A DNA stretch of 64,000 nt from Thermodesulfovibrionales bacterium (GCA_030019415.1 JASEEX010000004.1:196-64195), one strand, 5' to 3'. Shown: positions 54,021 through 63,401, counted from the stretch's first letter. The notes: generated by a model from the sequence alone, not told the origin. Translations and numbers: made by a program.

Positions 54021-55352
54021 ATGCGTGTAATAATCGTTGGTGCAGGTGAGGTAGGCTACCAGATAGCGAAGTTCCTTTCCCTTGAATTTATAGATGTAGT
54101 TGTAATCGATAGGGATAAAAACAAACTAAAGCAAATCATCGAAGAGCTGGATGTTGCTGTTGTAGAGGGTGAAGGCGGAGACCCTTCAGCCCTGAAAGAC
54201 GCAGGGGCAGATAGGGCTGACATCCTCCTTGCTGTTACAGACAGGGATGAGACTAATATGATTGCCTGTCTCCTCGGAAAGGTCTTCAACATACCACGTA
54301 AGATTGCACGGATAAGAAATCCAGAGTATTTTAAGAACGAAAGGCTTCTCAGCAAGGAAAATCTTGACATAAACCCCGCCATTAATCCCGATCTTGAGAT
54401 TGCGAAGGCAATTGTAAGACTACTTGAAGTGCCCTTTGCAACAGATGTCGAGGAGTTTGAGGGTGGTCTCATAAAAGTCATTGGCTTTAAGGTCCACGAG
54501 AAGGCCCCCTTGATTGGGAAATCCTTAAAGGTGCTTGGCACGTCTGGCAAAAGGTTTCTCATAGGGATAATAGAGAGGGAAGATAGAGTAATAATCCCTT
54601 CTGGAAGGGACGTTATCCAGGAAGGGGACATAATCTATATGCCTGTCAAAAAGGGAGAAGTGGAAAATACCATGGCACTCCTCGGGGTATCAGCAAAACC
54701 TATAAAAAAGATAATGCTACTTGGGGGAGGGGGGACAGGATACCACATCGCATCTAAAATGGAACTCAGGGCAGATGTAAAGATCATAGAAGAAAGGGCA
54801 GAAAGGTGCAAATATCTTAGCAAAACTCTTAAAAAGACCCTGGTGCTTCATGGAGATGGGGTAGATCAGAAATTACTGCTGGAAGAAAACATCGGGGACA
54901 TAGACGCCTTTGCAGCTGTCTCTAACAATGACGAATTAAATATAATGGCATCCCTTCTTGCAAAAAAATTAGGGGCTAAAAAGACCATAGCAATTGTCAA
55001 TAAAACAGACTACATACCCCTTGCCCACAGCCTCGGACTTCAGGCCGTTCTAAGCCCGAGGCTCATTACTGCAAGCACCATTTTACGCTATGTTAGAAGG
55101 GGAAATATCCTTTCCTTAACAGCAATAGCAGAAGATAAAGCTGAAATAATTGAGGGGAGAATCGGCAAGACATCTCCCCTAGTTGGAAAGACACTGGAGG
55201 AGGCACAACCAAAGGCGTCCATCATTGGCGCTATTATAAGGGGTGAAGAAGTTATTATCCCCTCAGGCTCAGATAAGGTAATAGAAGGTGATAAATTAAT
55301 AATCTTTACCCTTCGAGAATCTATCAAAGAAGTAGAAAAGATTCTGATATAA
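54021..55352 (+). CDS. trkA: Trk potassium uptake system, NAD-binding subunit
   Basis: MRVIIVGAGEVG and a second Rossmann motif LLGGGGTGYH, with the duplicated TrkA-N/TrkA-C layout. Confidence 0.9.
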   Translation: MRVIIVGAGEVGYQIAKFLSLEFIDVVVIDRDKNKLKQIIEELDVAVVEGEGGDPSALKDAGADRADILLAVTDRDETNMIACLLGKVFNIPRKIARIRNPEYFKNERLLSKENLDINPAINPDLEIAKAIVRLLEVPFATDVEEFEGGLIKVIGFKVHEKAPLIGKSLKVLGTSGKRFLIGIIEREDRVIIPSGRDVIQEGDIIYMPVKKGEVENTMALLGVSAKPIKKIMLLGGGGTGYHIASKMELRADVKIIEERAERCKYLSKTLKKTLVLHGDGVDQKLLLEENIGDIDAFAAVSNNDELNIMASLLAKKLGAKKTIAIVNKTDYIPLAHSLGLQAVLSPRLITASTILRYVRRGNILSLTAIAEDKAEIIEGRIGKTSPLVGKTLEEAQPKASIIGAIIRGEEVIIPSGSDKVIEGDKLIIFTLRESIKEVEKILI

Positions 55353-55367
55353 TGTTCCTGCCTCGAT

Positions 55368-56816
55368 ATGAATTTTAGATTAATACTGAATGTTATAGGA
55401 ATCGCCCTCATATTCGTATCTTTTTTTATGATGTTTCCTGTTATCGTTTCGCTCATTTATAAACAATCAGATACCATACCGCTTGTCAAATCATTCTTCA
55501 TTACTCTCGTTTCAGGGGCTACCTTCTACCTTCTCACACGAAAACACAAAAGGGAGGAAATCAGAAGTAGAGATGCTTTTATCATTGTAACCGCTAGCTG
55601 GGTAACAATAGCCTTTTTTAGTTCCATTCTTTTTTTGTTAACAGGAACATTTCATTCCTTTACCGACGCCTATTTTGAATCCATGGCCGGTTTTACCACA
55701 ACAGGCGCATCTGTGCTCAATAACATAGAAGCCTCTCCCAAAGGAGTCCTTTTCTGGAGAAGCATGATTCAATGGATAGGGGGAATGGGAATAATAGTTT
55801 TTGCCATTGCAATACTACCCTTTTTAGGAACAGGTGGTATGCAGCTTTTCAAGGCAGAGGTCCCTGAAATCAGCGTTGATAAACTGAGACCAAGAATTAT
55901 TGATACAGCAAAGGCACTCTGGTTCATTTATGTTACGCTTACCTCTATAGACGCTGTTCTATTGATGGCTGGCGGAATGGACACCTATGACGCCATATGC
56001 CATGCATTCACCACCATGGCAACAGGTGGCTTTTCAACAAAGGACAGCAGCATAGCACACTTTGAAAGCCCTTCTATCGAGTACATTACAAGCATATTTA
56101 TGTTCCTTGCAGGAATAAACTATTCCCTTTATTTTTATGTCTTTAAAGGAAAGATATCGAGACTGTTGAGAAGCAGTGAATTTAGGTTTTACCTGACCAT
56201 TATTTCAATTGCTACTGTAATAATAACTATGAACATATGGGGGATATCTGGTGGTTTCCTCCCTGACACTTTCAGACATTCCCTCTTTCAGGTTATATCT
56301 CTTATAACAACTACGGGATATGCCGTTGCAGATTACGAAAAATGGTCATCCTTTGCACAAACGGTCCTCGTAATAATAATGTTCTTTGGTGGCATGATAG
56401 GTTCAACAGGCGGCGGCATAAAACAGGTTAGAATTCTACTAATGCTCAAACAGGGCCACAGAGAGATGTATCAATTGATTCATCCCCATGCAATAACAAC
56501 CATTAAACTTAATGGAAGGTTTCTCGACAAAGAAATTTTAGGGAGCATTTGGGGATTTGTGTTCCTTTTTTTGGGAGTATGTGTTATAGCAACCATTGGC
56601 ATGGCTGCCGTTGGGACAGATATGATTACATCTGCAACAACTGTAATATCTGCATCATGCAATGTTGGCCCAGCCCTCGGTGAAGCAGGTCCCACTGATA
56701 ATTATGCCTCCATTCCCGTCGCAGGGAAATGGATACTCATATTCTGTATGCTCACAGGGAGGCTTGAAGTCTATACAGTATTAATACTGCTTGTACCTTT
56801 ATTCTGGAAAAAGTAG
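55368..56816 (+). CDS. trkH: Trk potassium uptake system, membrane subunit
   Basis: Repeated selectivity-filter-like TTTG/ATGG/TTTGY/STGGG motifs; 482 aa. Confidence 0.9.
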   Translation: MNFRLILNVIGIALIFVSFFMMFPVIVSLIYKQSDTIPLVKSFFITLVSGATFYLLTRKHKREEIRSRDAFIIVTASWVTIAFFSSILFLLTGTFHSFTDAYFESMAGFTTTGASVLNNIEASPKGVLFWRSMIQWIGGMGIIVFAIAILPFLGTGGMQLFKAEVPEISVDKLRPRIIDTAKALWFIYVTLTSIDAVLLMAGGMDTYDAICHAFTTMATGGFSTKDSSIAHFESPSIEYITSIFMFLAGINYSLYFYVFKGKISRLLRSSEFRFYLTIISIATVIITMNIWGISGGFLPDTFRHSLFQVISLITTTGYAVADYEKWSSFAQTVLVIIMFFGGMIGSTGGGIKQVRILLMLKQGHREMYQLIHPHAITTIKLNGRFLDKEILGSIWGFVFLFLGVCVIATIGMAAVGTDMITSATTVISASCNVGPALGEAGPTDNYASIPVAGKWILIFCMLTGRLEVYTVLILLVPLFWKK

Positions 56817-56889
56817 TGGAGGTGAACGGGATCGAACCGATGACCTCCTGCTTGCAAAGCAGGCGCTCTCCCAACTGAGCTACACCCCC
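56817..56889 (-). tRNA. tRNA-Ala (anticodon UGC)
   Basis: GGGGGTGTAGCTCAGTTGGGAGAGCGCCTGCTTTGCAAGCAGGAGGTC...CACCTCCA with the G3:U70 identity pair. CCA is not encoded. The 3' end abuts the trkH stop codon. Confidence 0.95.
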
Positions 56890-56891
56890 AC

Positions 56892-56968
<77 letters not shown>

Positions 56969-56980
56969 GGATCAAACTCT
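56969..56980 (-). other. 12-nt match to the universally conserved 5' end of 16S rRNA, fused directly to the tRNA-Ile 5' end
   Basis: The minus strand reads ...caaatgAGAGTTTGATCC|GGGCCTATAGCTCAG. AGAGTTTGATCC is the start of the conserved 16S sequence AGAGTTTGATCCTGGCTCAG. Confidence 0.6.
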
Positions 56981-57020
56981 CATTTGAAATTACAAGGCTG
57001 GTAGGTATGCTATGCACTTT

Positions 57021-57039
57021 TTAGTTTTCTCAAAGAACA
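57021..57039 (-). promoter_or_regulatory. boxA-like rrn antitermination element in the tRNA leader
   Basis: The minus strand TGTTCTTTGAGAAAACTAA resembles rrn boxA (E. coli TGCTCTTTAACAA; TGTTCTTTGAAAACT-type in Gram-positives, as I recall). Confidence 0.45.
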
Positions 57040-57056
57040 TTTTAAGGGAATATGAT

Positions 57057-57086
57057 ACCATACATTAAGCTATTTAACCTTGTCAA
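57057..57086 (-). promoter_or_regulatory. Putative promoter of the tRNA-Ile/Ala transcription unit
   Basis: On the minus strand: TTGACA (57086-57081), an 18-nt spacer, then TATGGT (57062-57057). Confidence 0.4.
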
Positions 57087-57112
57087 CTTGAGAAAAGGGA
57101 GTTACTGGTTGG

Positions 57113-57142
57113 TTGATTTTATCGTATCTGCTATGGTATAAA
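57113..57142 (+). promoter_or_regulatory. Putative rpsF operon promoter
   Basis: TTGATT (57113-57118), an 18-nt spacer with TGg, then TATAAA (57137-57142). The leader to the ATG is ~70 nt. Confidence 0.4.
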
Positions 57143-57218
57143 AATAGGCTATTTATTCCTTTTTTAGATATGTAAAATGGCAAAGAATAAAGAGGTGAAA
57201 CCGTGAGGAGGCATTTTA

Positions 57219-57572
57219 ATGAACATCTATGAAAATATTATTATCCTTAACGCATCCCTTGCTGACGAGGAGATCAAGTCAGCCATTACAAAGATTGAAG
57301 AATTCATTACAGGCCACGGTGGAGAAATAGTTAAGATAAACATCTGGGGAAAGAAAAAACTCGCCTACGAGATTAAAAAACAGAAAAGGGGATTATACGT
57401 GCTTTTGGTATATAAGACACCACCGTCGACAATTAAAAAGTTAGAGGAGTTTTACAGAGTCTTTGACGCTGTAAAAAAACATATTATCATAAAGCTCAGT
57501 GCAAAGCAGGCAAAGGATCTTGAGAAGATTGAAGCCATCCCAGAGCCTGTAGAACAAAAAGGGGAGGTCTAA
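57219..57572 (+). CDS. rpsF: 30S ribosomal protein S6
   Basis: MNIYENIIILNASL... and WGKKKLAYEIKK...G.Y, in the conserved rpsF-ssb-rpsR order. Confidence 0.9.
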   Translation: MNIYENIIILNASLADEEIKSAITKIEEFITGHGGEIVKINIWGKKKLAYEIKKQKRGLYVLLVYKTPPSTIKKLEEFYRVFDAVKKHIIIKLSAKQAKDLEKIEAIPEPVEQKGEV

Positions 57573-57573
57573 G

Positions 57574-57987
57574 ATGTATAACAAGGTAATACTCATAGGC
57601 AATCTTACAAAAGACCCTGAACTCAGATATACCCCGCACGGGACACCGGTAGCCTCTTTCAGACTTGCAGTGAATTACAGGTACAAACAATCCGCCTCTG
57701 GCGGAGACGAGACAAAACAGGAGACAATATTTATAGATAATGTAGTTTTCGGAAGACAGGCGGAATCATGTAGCAAGTATCTCAATAAAGGTAGCTCTGT
57801 ACTTGTAGAGGGCAGACTTCAGGAGAGGAGATGGGAATCTAATGGACAGCAGAGGAGTAAGTTCGAAGTAATTGCTCAATCTGTAAGGTTTCTTTCAAGA
57901 AAGGCAGGTCCCGAGGGACCGGCAGCAGAGGGTCCGCCTGAGGCGGATGTCCCTCCAGAGGAAACCACTGATTTAGAACCATTTTGA
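57574..57987 (+). CDS. ssb: Single-stranded DNA-binding protein
   Basis: [29 protein letters not shown] and the acidic tail ending DLEPF. Confidence 0.9.
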   Translation: MYNKVILIGNLTKDPELRYTPHGTPVASFRLAVNYRYKQSASGGDETKQETIFIDNVVFGRQAESCSKYLNKGSSVLVEGRLQERRWESNGQQRSKFEVIAQSVRFLSRKAGPEGPAAEGPPEADVPPEETTDLEPF

Positions 57988-58007
57988 AAAGTATTCAGAA
58001 AGGGGAG

Positions 58008-58238
58008 ATGACATTGCAACAGAAAAGATTCCAGAGAAAGAAGTTTTGCAGATTCTGTGTGGAAAAGGTAGAGTATATAGATTATAAAGATATCAAAGTT
58101 CTTAAAAACTATCTCACTGAAAGAGGAAAGATCCTTCCCCGGAGAATGACAGGTGCATGTGCAAGGCATCAGAGAGAGCTGACGGAGTCTATAAAACGAG
58201 CAAGAAGTATAGCGCTCCTTGCCTTTGCAGAAAAATAG
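58008..58238 (+). CDS. rpsR: 30S ribosomal protein S18
   Basis: KKFCRFC.....IDYKD...L..Y....GKILPRR.TG.CA.HQR.L...IKRAR..ALL. The ATG at 58008 follows GGGGAG; the track start (TTG 57984) is also possible. Confidence 0.9.
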   Translation: MTLQQKRFQRKKFCRFCVEKVEYIDYKDIKVLKNYLTERGKILPRRMTGACARHQRELTESIKRARSIALLAFAEK

Positions 58239-58239
58239 G

Positions 58240-58521
58240 ATGAGGATCCCGAGGAGTTGGGTTCCGCTCTTAGCAAAAAGGATAGTAGATAACATTATAT
58301 CAAAGGGACTTGTTAAGCCCACTGTACATTTAGAAAAACTCCTTTCAGAAACAGAAGAACTCCTTCTCAATGAACTTACCGTAGAGGACAGGCTGAACGA
58401 AGAGGTCAGAGAACTTTTAAAAAAATACGCCCCTGAAATAGAAAAGGGTCATCTGGACTACAGGAGGCTCTTTGAACTTACAAAACAGAAACTGGTGAAG
58501 GAAAGAAACCTGATATTATGA
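58240..58521 (+). CDS. DUF507-family protein, paralogue 1
   Basis: MRIPRSWVPLLAKRIVDNIISKGLV...EDRLNEEVRELLKKY. The family was recognised from memory and not verified. Confidence 0.55.
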   Translation: MRIPRSWVPLLAKRIVDNIISKGLVKPTVHLEKLLSETEELLLNELTVEDRLNEEVRELLKKYAPEIEKGHLDYRRLFELTKQKLVKERNLIL

Positions 58522-58802
58522 TGCTCTCTGAGGATAAGATCTCACACCTAAGCCATGTACTCCTTAAAGGGCTTATAGAGAGGAATCTTATTGAAGCGAT
58601 CGAGGAAGAGGGTAATATAAGGGCTGAGATTAAGAGAACAATTATATCAGAACTGAAGGTAGGTGAAGAGATTGATTCTGCTGTCAGAAAAAAACTCTAT
58701 TCCTTTTCAAGAAAGATAGCTGAAGGGAGCCCTGAATGGGAAGTCCTGTATAAGAAATTTTTCAGGGAAGAGGAGGTAAAAAGAGGCAGGGCGCATAGTT
58801 AA
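58518..58802 (+). CDS. DUF507-family protein, paralogue 2
   Basis: LSEDKISHLSHVLLKGL...IDSAVRKKLYSFSRKIAEGSPEWEVLYKKFFREE. It overlaps the upstream paralogue by 4 nt. Confidence 0.55.
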   Translation: MMLSEDKISHLSHVLLKGLIERNLIEAIEEEGNIRAEIKRTIISELKVGEEIDSAVRKKLYSFSRKIAEGSPEWEVLYKKFFREEEVKRGRAHS

Positions 58803-58810
58803 AATAATGT

Positions 58811-59119
58811 ATGAACTCCTTCATTTCCCCTGTGACAGAAGAAGAAATAAAGAGGGAAAAGGCAAAGGCACAAAGGCTGAGAAAATCCCAATGGTGGAAA
58901 AGGAAGTGTGCAGAAGGGGTGTGCTATTACTGTAAAAGAAAGATAAGCCCGAGGGAACTCACCATGGATCATATAGTGCCCATTATACGAGGTGGGAAGT
59001 CAACTAAAGGAAACATCGTTCCTGTTTGCAAGGAATGCAACAAAAAAAAGAAATATCTCCTTCCAATTGAATGGGAAGAATACCTTCAAAGATTAAAGAA
59101 GGAACCCCTATCTCTCTAA
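58811..59119 (+). CDS. HNH endonuclease-domain protein
   Basis: CYYCKRKIS...LTMDHIVPI.RGG......N.VPVCKECNKKK. Confidence 0.8.
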   Translation: MNSFISPVTEEEIKREKAKAQRLRKSQWWKRKCAEGVCYYCKRKISPRELTMDHIVPIIRGGKSTKGNIVPVCKECNKKKKYLLPIEWEEYLQRLKKEPLSL

Positions 59120-59204
59120 CCCACCTCATTCATTAAACACAAAAGGAGGATATAGTATGGATTAGTGCTTCCTTGTTCCCTCTATTTTGGTAATTGAAAA
59201 AATA

Positions 59205-59213
59205 TGATATAAT
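59205..59213 (+). promoter_or_regulatory. Extended -10 element upstream of tRNA-Gln/Glu
   Basis: TGaTATAAT ends 12 nt before the tRNA-Gln 5' end. Confidence 0.35.
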
Positions 59214-59224
59214 TTTTTATCTTT

Positions 59225-59298
59225 TGGGGAGTCGTTCAGCGGCAGGACAGCAGACTCTGGATCTGCTTACAGGGGTTCGAATCCTCTCTCCCCAGCCA
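59225..59298 (+). tRNA. tRNA-Gln (anticodon CUG)
   Basis: TGGGGAGTCGTTCAGCGGCAGGACAGCAGACTCTGGATCTGCTTACAGGGGTTCGAATCCTCTCTCCCCAGCCA folds as a cloverleaf by eye. CCA is encoded. Confidence 0.9.
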
Positions 59299-59300
59299 GT

Positions 59301-59376
59301 GGTCCCATCGTCTAGAGGCCTAGGACGTAGCCCTCTCAAGGCTAAAACACGGGTTCGAATCCCGTTGGGACCGCCA
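59301..59376 (+). tRNA. tRNA-Glu (anticodon CUC)
   Basis: GGTCCCATCGTCTAGAGGCCTAGGACGTAGCCCTCTCAAGGCTAAAACACGGGTTCGAATCCCGTTGGGACCGCCA. CCA is encoded. Confidence 0.9.
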
Positions 59377-59382
59377 GATAAA

Positions 59383-60057
59383 TCAACGGTAGTCTCGCTC
59401 CAGTGGATTACACGTCCTGCAGGGGCGATAACCCTCATCCAATGCCTCATCGATAGACCTGAAGACCACCTTATTCCTATCAGCTATCCGTCTGGCATGA
59501 GGGCATTCTATGCGATGGAATTTCTTGATTTCGTCTTCCTTTTTTCTTTTAGAGGCTATATATTCTTTACTTGGATTCTTTAAAGGCAGCGCCCATATCC
59601 CAAGCCTGTTTTTCCTCGCCTCATTCTCATATTGAAATAATAGGGTATTCTTAGATTTGTTCGGGCCAAAGGGACTGTATAGTGCAAAGCCTTTTCTCAC
59701 CAGCTCTCCATTAACAAAGGTTTCACCAATATACACATATGCAAGCAGTCTGTTGTCATGCTTTACCTGTTTATCATATTCAAGCCTTACGGTCTTCCCT
59801 TCCACAAGTCTCCTGTTAGCCTCTGTTGCTTCTTTCCCAAACGCCTCGGGCATCTTTTTCCTGGAATATTCGGTTTCGGGTGCATCAATTCCGATATATC
59901 TGACAAGTTCTCCGGTCTTTAGCTTTATTGTATCTCCATCAATAACCTTCTTAACAACCCCCTGAGATGGGTAGTCTTCGCCATACAGAACAACAGGCAG
60001 CAAAAGAGAGATTAATATTATCAGCCCTTTCACAATACACCTCTTCTCGTAGCTCAA
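59383..60057 (-). CDS. Secreted thermonuclease (SNase-like) with C-terminal Ada-type zinc-binding motif
   Basis: Signal peptide, then V.DGDTI.L......VR..GIDAPE and L.Y......D...R.LAYV. The C-terminus is FHRIECPHARRI....V.F.S..EA...GYRPCRTC. Confidence 0.8.
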   Translation of the reverse strand: MSYEKRCIVKGLIILISLLLPVVLYGEDYPSQGVVKKVIDGDTIKLKTGELVRYIGIDAPETEYSRKKMPEAFGKEATEANRRLVEGKTVRLEYDKQVKHDNRLLAYVYIGETFVNGELVRKGFALYSPFGPNKSKNTLLFQYENEARKNRLGIWALPLKNPSKEYIASKRKKEDEIKKFHRIECPHARRIADRNKVVFRSIDEALDEGYRPCRTCNPLERDYR

Positions 60058-60107
60058 TATAAAATTCTACAGTAGATTACCATTTTTTCTAAAAATGCAT
60101 CAATTAT

Positions 60108-60136
60108 TTGACTGCTAAGGAATGAGCAATTATAAT
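60108..60136 (+). promoter_or_regulatory. Near-consensus sigma70 promoter placed for a leaderless marC transcript
   Basis: TTGACT (60108-60113), a 17-nt spacer, then TATAAT (60131-60136). The ATG at 60144 is 8 nt after the -10, and there is no SD. Confidence 0.55.
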
Positions 60137-60143
60137 TACGCTG

Positions 60144-60743
60144 ATGGAAAATATTATAAAAACACTACCCAACACCTTTATACCCCTTTTCGTTGCGATT
60201 GACGTCTTAGTCGCTCTCTCTATATTTGTCTCTTTGACAGAGGAGATGTCAAAATCGGAAAGAAAGACGATCATAAAGGAGTCCATACTCACAGCTTTGA
60301 TAGTGAGCCTTTTATTTGTAGCTCTGGGAGAAGCGATTTTTACGATATTGGGAATTACTTCAGACGATTTCAAGATTGCCGGAGGTCTCGTTCTTCTTAT
60401 TTTCGCAGTCTCTGATCTCATAAGACCCGGCGAGGAAAGGAGGAAACCCGTAGGCAGGGTTGGTGTAGTTCCCATAGGTGTTCCCTTGATCGTAGGACCT
60501 GCGGTGCTCACTACCATCCTGGTGCTTGTAGATCATTACGGTATCATTCCAACAATTATATCCCTCATTCTTAATCTTTTAGTTGTCTGGATTTCATTCA
60601 TCAATGCCGAGCGGATCATGAACCTCTTTGGCAAAGGAGGTATAGCTGCGATCTCGAAGATCATGGCACTCCTCCTTGCATCAATCGCCATAATGATGAT
60701 ACGTCTGGGCGTTAGTAACATTGTCCACCGTTATGTGAGTTAA
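60144..60743 (+). CDS. MarC-family (UPF0056) integral membrane protein
   Basis: A 199-aa, 6-TM protein with F.I.GI....FKIAGG.VL and VP.G.PLI.GPA..T motifs. Confidence 0.8.
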   Translation: MENIIKTLPNTFIPLFVAIDVLVALSIFVSLTEEMSKSERKTIIKESILTALIVSLLFVALGEAIFTILGITSDDFKIAGGLVLLIFAVSDLIRPGEERRKPVGRVGVVPIGVPLIVGPAVLTTILVLVDHYGIIPTIISLILNLLVVWISFINAERIMNLFGKGGIAAISKIMALLLASIAIMMIRLGVSNIVHRYVS

Positions 60744-60767
60744 CCCTGTTATTGCAATAATAGGGTT
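60742..60767. terminator. Palindromic hairpin between convergent genes (weak terminator candidate)
   Basis: aaccctgttattgcaataatagggtt is nearly a perfect palindrome, but the flanking T-runs are poor. Confidence 0.35.
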
Positions 60768-60802
60768 TAGATAAGATGGGGGCAGAGATTATAGGGCTTT
60801 AG

Positions 60803-61741
60803 TCATACCGTTATTCCGTCTATCCTCTTGAGTCCTGCTTCCAATGCCATTCTTACTGCCTCCCTGTACTCTTTCTCCGTAATCCTTCTGTTCAGAGGTG
60901 GGTTTTCGAAGGCCTTAAAGCATGGGCGGTATTGATCCATAATATTGATATAGGTATTTTTTGAAATCTCTTCAGCGATAAATTTAACAACACCCGCAGT
61001 ACCTGCAATACCCTCAGGTAGCACAAGATGCCTGACGAGGAGCCCTCTCAGGGCAATTCCCTTATCTATTATGAGATCCCCGACCTGTCTGTGCATCTCC
61101 TTCATTGCAGCCATTGCAGCCTCTGGATAATCTTTCGCCTTTGAGTACCTGAATGCCATTTCAGGGTCTGTATATTTAAAATCAGGCATGTATATATCAA
61201 CAATACCATCCAGAAGCTTTATTGAGTAGAGGAATTCGTACCCACCGCAGTTATAGACAATGGGGATGTTCAGTCCTTTCTCTGCAGCAATCTGTACAGA
61301 CCTGAGAATTATCGGCATCTGATGTGTTGGTGTGACAAGGTTTATGTTATGACATCCGCCACGCTGTAAAGCGAGCATGATGTCTGCAAGTTTTTCAAAA
61401 GATATCTCAACGCCCTCTCCAAGATGGCTGATCGAGTAGTTCTGACAGAAGAGGCAGCCAAGATTACAATTACCAAAGAAGATGGTGCCAGAGCCGAATC
61501 TACCCACAAGTGGTCTCTCCTCGCCAAAATGGGGACCCCAGCTCGATACGAAGGGCTTATCCCCTGTTCTACAAAACCCCTTTTGACCTGATGTCCTGTC
61601 AACCTTGCAGCTCCTCGGACATAAGGTACATTCTCTTAAAATCTCCTCTGCCTCTCTGACCTTATCAGACAACACGCCAAGAGGTAAAAGCTGATAAGCA
61701 GGAGTAAACTTATCCAGTAATTTTATCTGCATGCCCTTCAA
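60803..61741 (-). CDS. Radical SAM protein, PflX-like (pyruvate formate-lyase activase homologue)
   Basis: C.LCPR.C.V.R..G..G.C, then the radical SAM motif FFGNCNLGCLFCQN. Confidence 0.8.
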   Translation of the reverse strand: MKGMQIKLLDKFTPAYQLLPLGVLSDKVREAEEILRECTLCPRSCKVDRTSGQKGFCRTGDKPFVSSWGPHFGEERPLVGRFGSGTIFFGNCNLGCLFCQNYSISHLGEGVEISFEKLADIMLALQRGGCHNINLVTPTHQMPIILRSVQIAAEKGLNIPIVYNCGGYEFLYSIKLLDGIVDIYMPDFKYTDPEMAFRYSKAKDYPEAAMAAMKEMHRQVGDLIIDKGIALRGLLVRHLVLPEGIAGTAGVVKFIAEEISKNTYINIMDQYRPCFKAFENPPLNRRITEKEYREAVRMALEAGLKRIDGITV

Positions 61742-61925
61742 CCTTCGTTCTCATAAGTATTATGATTATGTTAACAAAAATATGCACCGATAACAAATTT
61801 TCCACCTTGCAATGATTTGACTTAACCTAAAATTAATAATTATAATTCAAATCTAATATCCTTTAACTATCGTTGGCATCACACCTTAAAGAAGGTAGAA
61901 AAAGGTTAATTTTTTATGGGGTAGA

Positions 61926-63401
61926 ATGAGAGAGATCAATGAACTTATAGAGCAGCGAATCAAGAAACTTGAGGAATTGCGGCAGTCAGGGATCGAGCCA
62001 TTCGGTGGTCCCTTTTATGCAGAGGATCATGCATCGGATCTCCTAAATAAATTTGATTCTGTAACAAAAGAAACCCTAGAAGCCAGTCCTTTTTCATGTT
62101 CTCTTGCAGGCAGGATTATCTCTATAAGGGACTTTGGTAAGGCTGCCTTTGCGCATATCCAGGATACTACAGGGAAGATACAGGTCTATTTCAAAAAAGA
62201 TATTCTTGGCGAAAAACATAGTGTTGTTAAGAAGCTCGACATTGGTGATATAATCGGCTTAAAAGGAAGGTTATTCAGAACAAAGACAAAAGAACTTACT
62301 GTCGAGGTGGAGGATTTCATCCTTCTAACAAAATCCTTGAGACCTCTTCCTGAGAAGTGGCACGGGTTGAGGGATATTGAGATAAGATACAGACAGCGGT
62401 ACGTTGACCTGATAGTAAACCCTCAGGTCAGAGAGACCTTTGCTAAAAGAGGCGCCATTATTAAGGCCATCAGAGACTTCCTCGAGTCAAATGGTTTTAT
62501 TGAGGTCGAAACACCCATGATGCAGCCCGTCCCTGGAGGAGCGATTGCTAAGCCCTTTAAGACCCATCATATAGCCCTCGGTATTGACTTATATCTAAGG
62601 ATTGCTCCAGAGCTTTATCTAAAGAGGCTCCTTGTTGGCGGTTATGAACGTGTCTATGAACTTAACAAAAATTTCAGGAATGAAGGCATATCAACAAAAC
62701 ACAACCCTGAATTCACGATGCTCGAATTTTATGTGGCTTACAGGGACTACAATTTCCTCATGTCTTTTACTGAGGAATTAATTACCTATGTTGCAAGCTG
62801 GACCTTAGGGACACTGAAAATTCCCTATGGGGACACCACCATAGATCTTACTCCTCCCTGGCCGAGGATTCCGATGTTTGAGGCCCTCGTGCAGAAGGAT
62901 GTTCCGCCAGAGATACTCAATGATAGAGAAAAGGCGAAGGCATGGGCAGAGGCACATACCATAGAAATAAAAGGGGATGCCACACTTCCAAAAATCCTTG
63001 ATGAGATCTTTAAAAAAATAGTAGAGCCGGAGCTCGTTCAGCCCACCTTCATCATAGATTATCCTGTCGAACTCTCTCCCCTTGCTAAGAAAAAAAAGGA
63101 AAATCCAGAACTTGCCGAAAGATTCGAACTCTTCATTGCATCACAAGAGATAGTAAACGCCTTTTCAGAGCTGACCGACCCTATAGACCAGTGTGAGCGT
63201 TTCATGAAACAGGTTGAGGCAAAGATAAAAGGCGATGAAGAGGCACACTGGATGGATGAGGATTTCATCAGGGCCCTCGAATATGGGATGCCCCCTGCAG
63301 CAGGTGAAGGCATCGGGATAGACAGGCTCGTGATGGTATTGACCAATTCTCAGTCAATAAGGGATGTTATCTTATTCCCACAATTAAAACCAGAACAATG
63401 A
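61926..63401 (+). CDS. lysS: Lysine--tRNA ligase, class II
   Basis: An OB-fold N-domain plus class II motifs (YRQRYVDL, FIEVETPMM, FRNEGIS..HNPEFT.LE.Y, GIGIDRLVM). Confidence 0.95.
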   Translation: MREINELIEQRIKKLEELRQSGIEPFGGPFYAEDHASDLLNKFDSVTKETLEASPFSCSLAGRIISIRDFGKAAFAHIQDTTGKIQVYFKKDILGEKHSVVKKLDIGDIIGLKGRLFRTKTKELTVEVEDFILLTKSLRPLPEKWHGLRDIEIRYRQRYVDLIVNPQVRETFAKRGAIIKAIRDFLESNGFIEVETPMMQPVPGGAIAKPFKTHHIALGIDLYLRIAPELYLKRLLVGGYERVYELNKNFRNEGISTKHNPEFTMLEFYVAYRDYNFLMSFTEELITYVASWTLGTLKIPYGDTTIDLTPPWPRIPMFEALVQKDVPPEILNDREKAKAWAEAHTIEIKGDATLPKILDEIFKKIVEPELVQPTFIIDYPVELSPLAKKKKENPELAERFELFIASQEIVNAFSELTDPIDQCERFMKQVEAKIKGDEEAHWMDEDFIRALEYGMPPAAGEGIGIDRLVMVLTNSQSIRDVILFPQLKPEQ

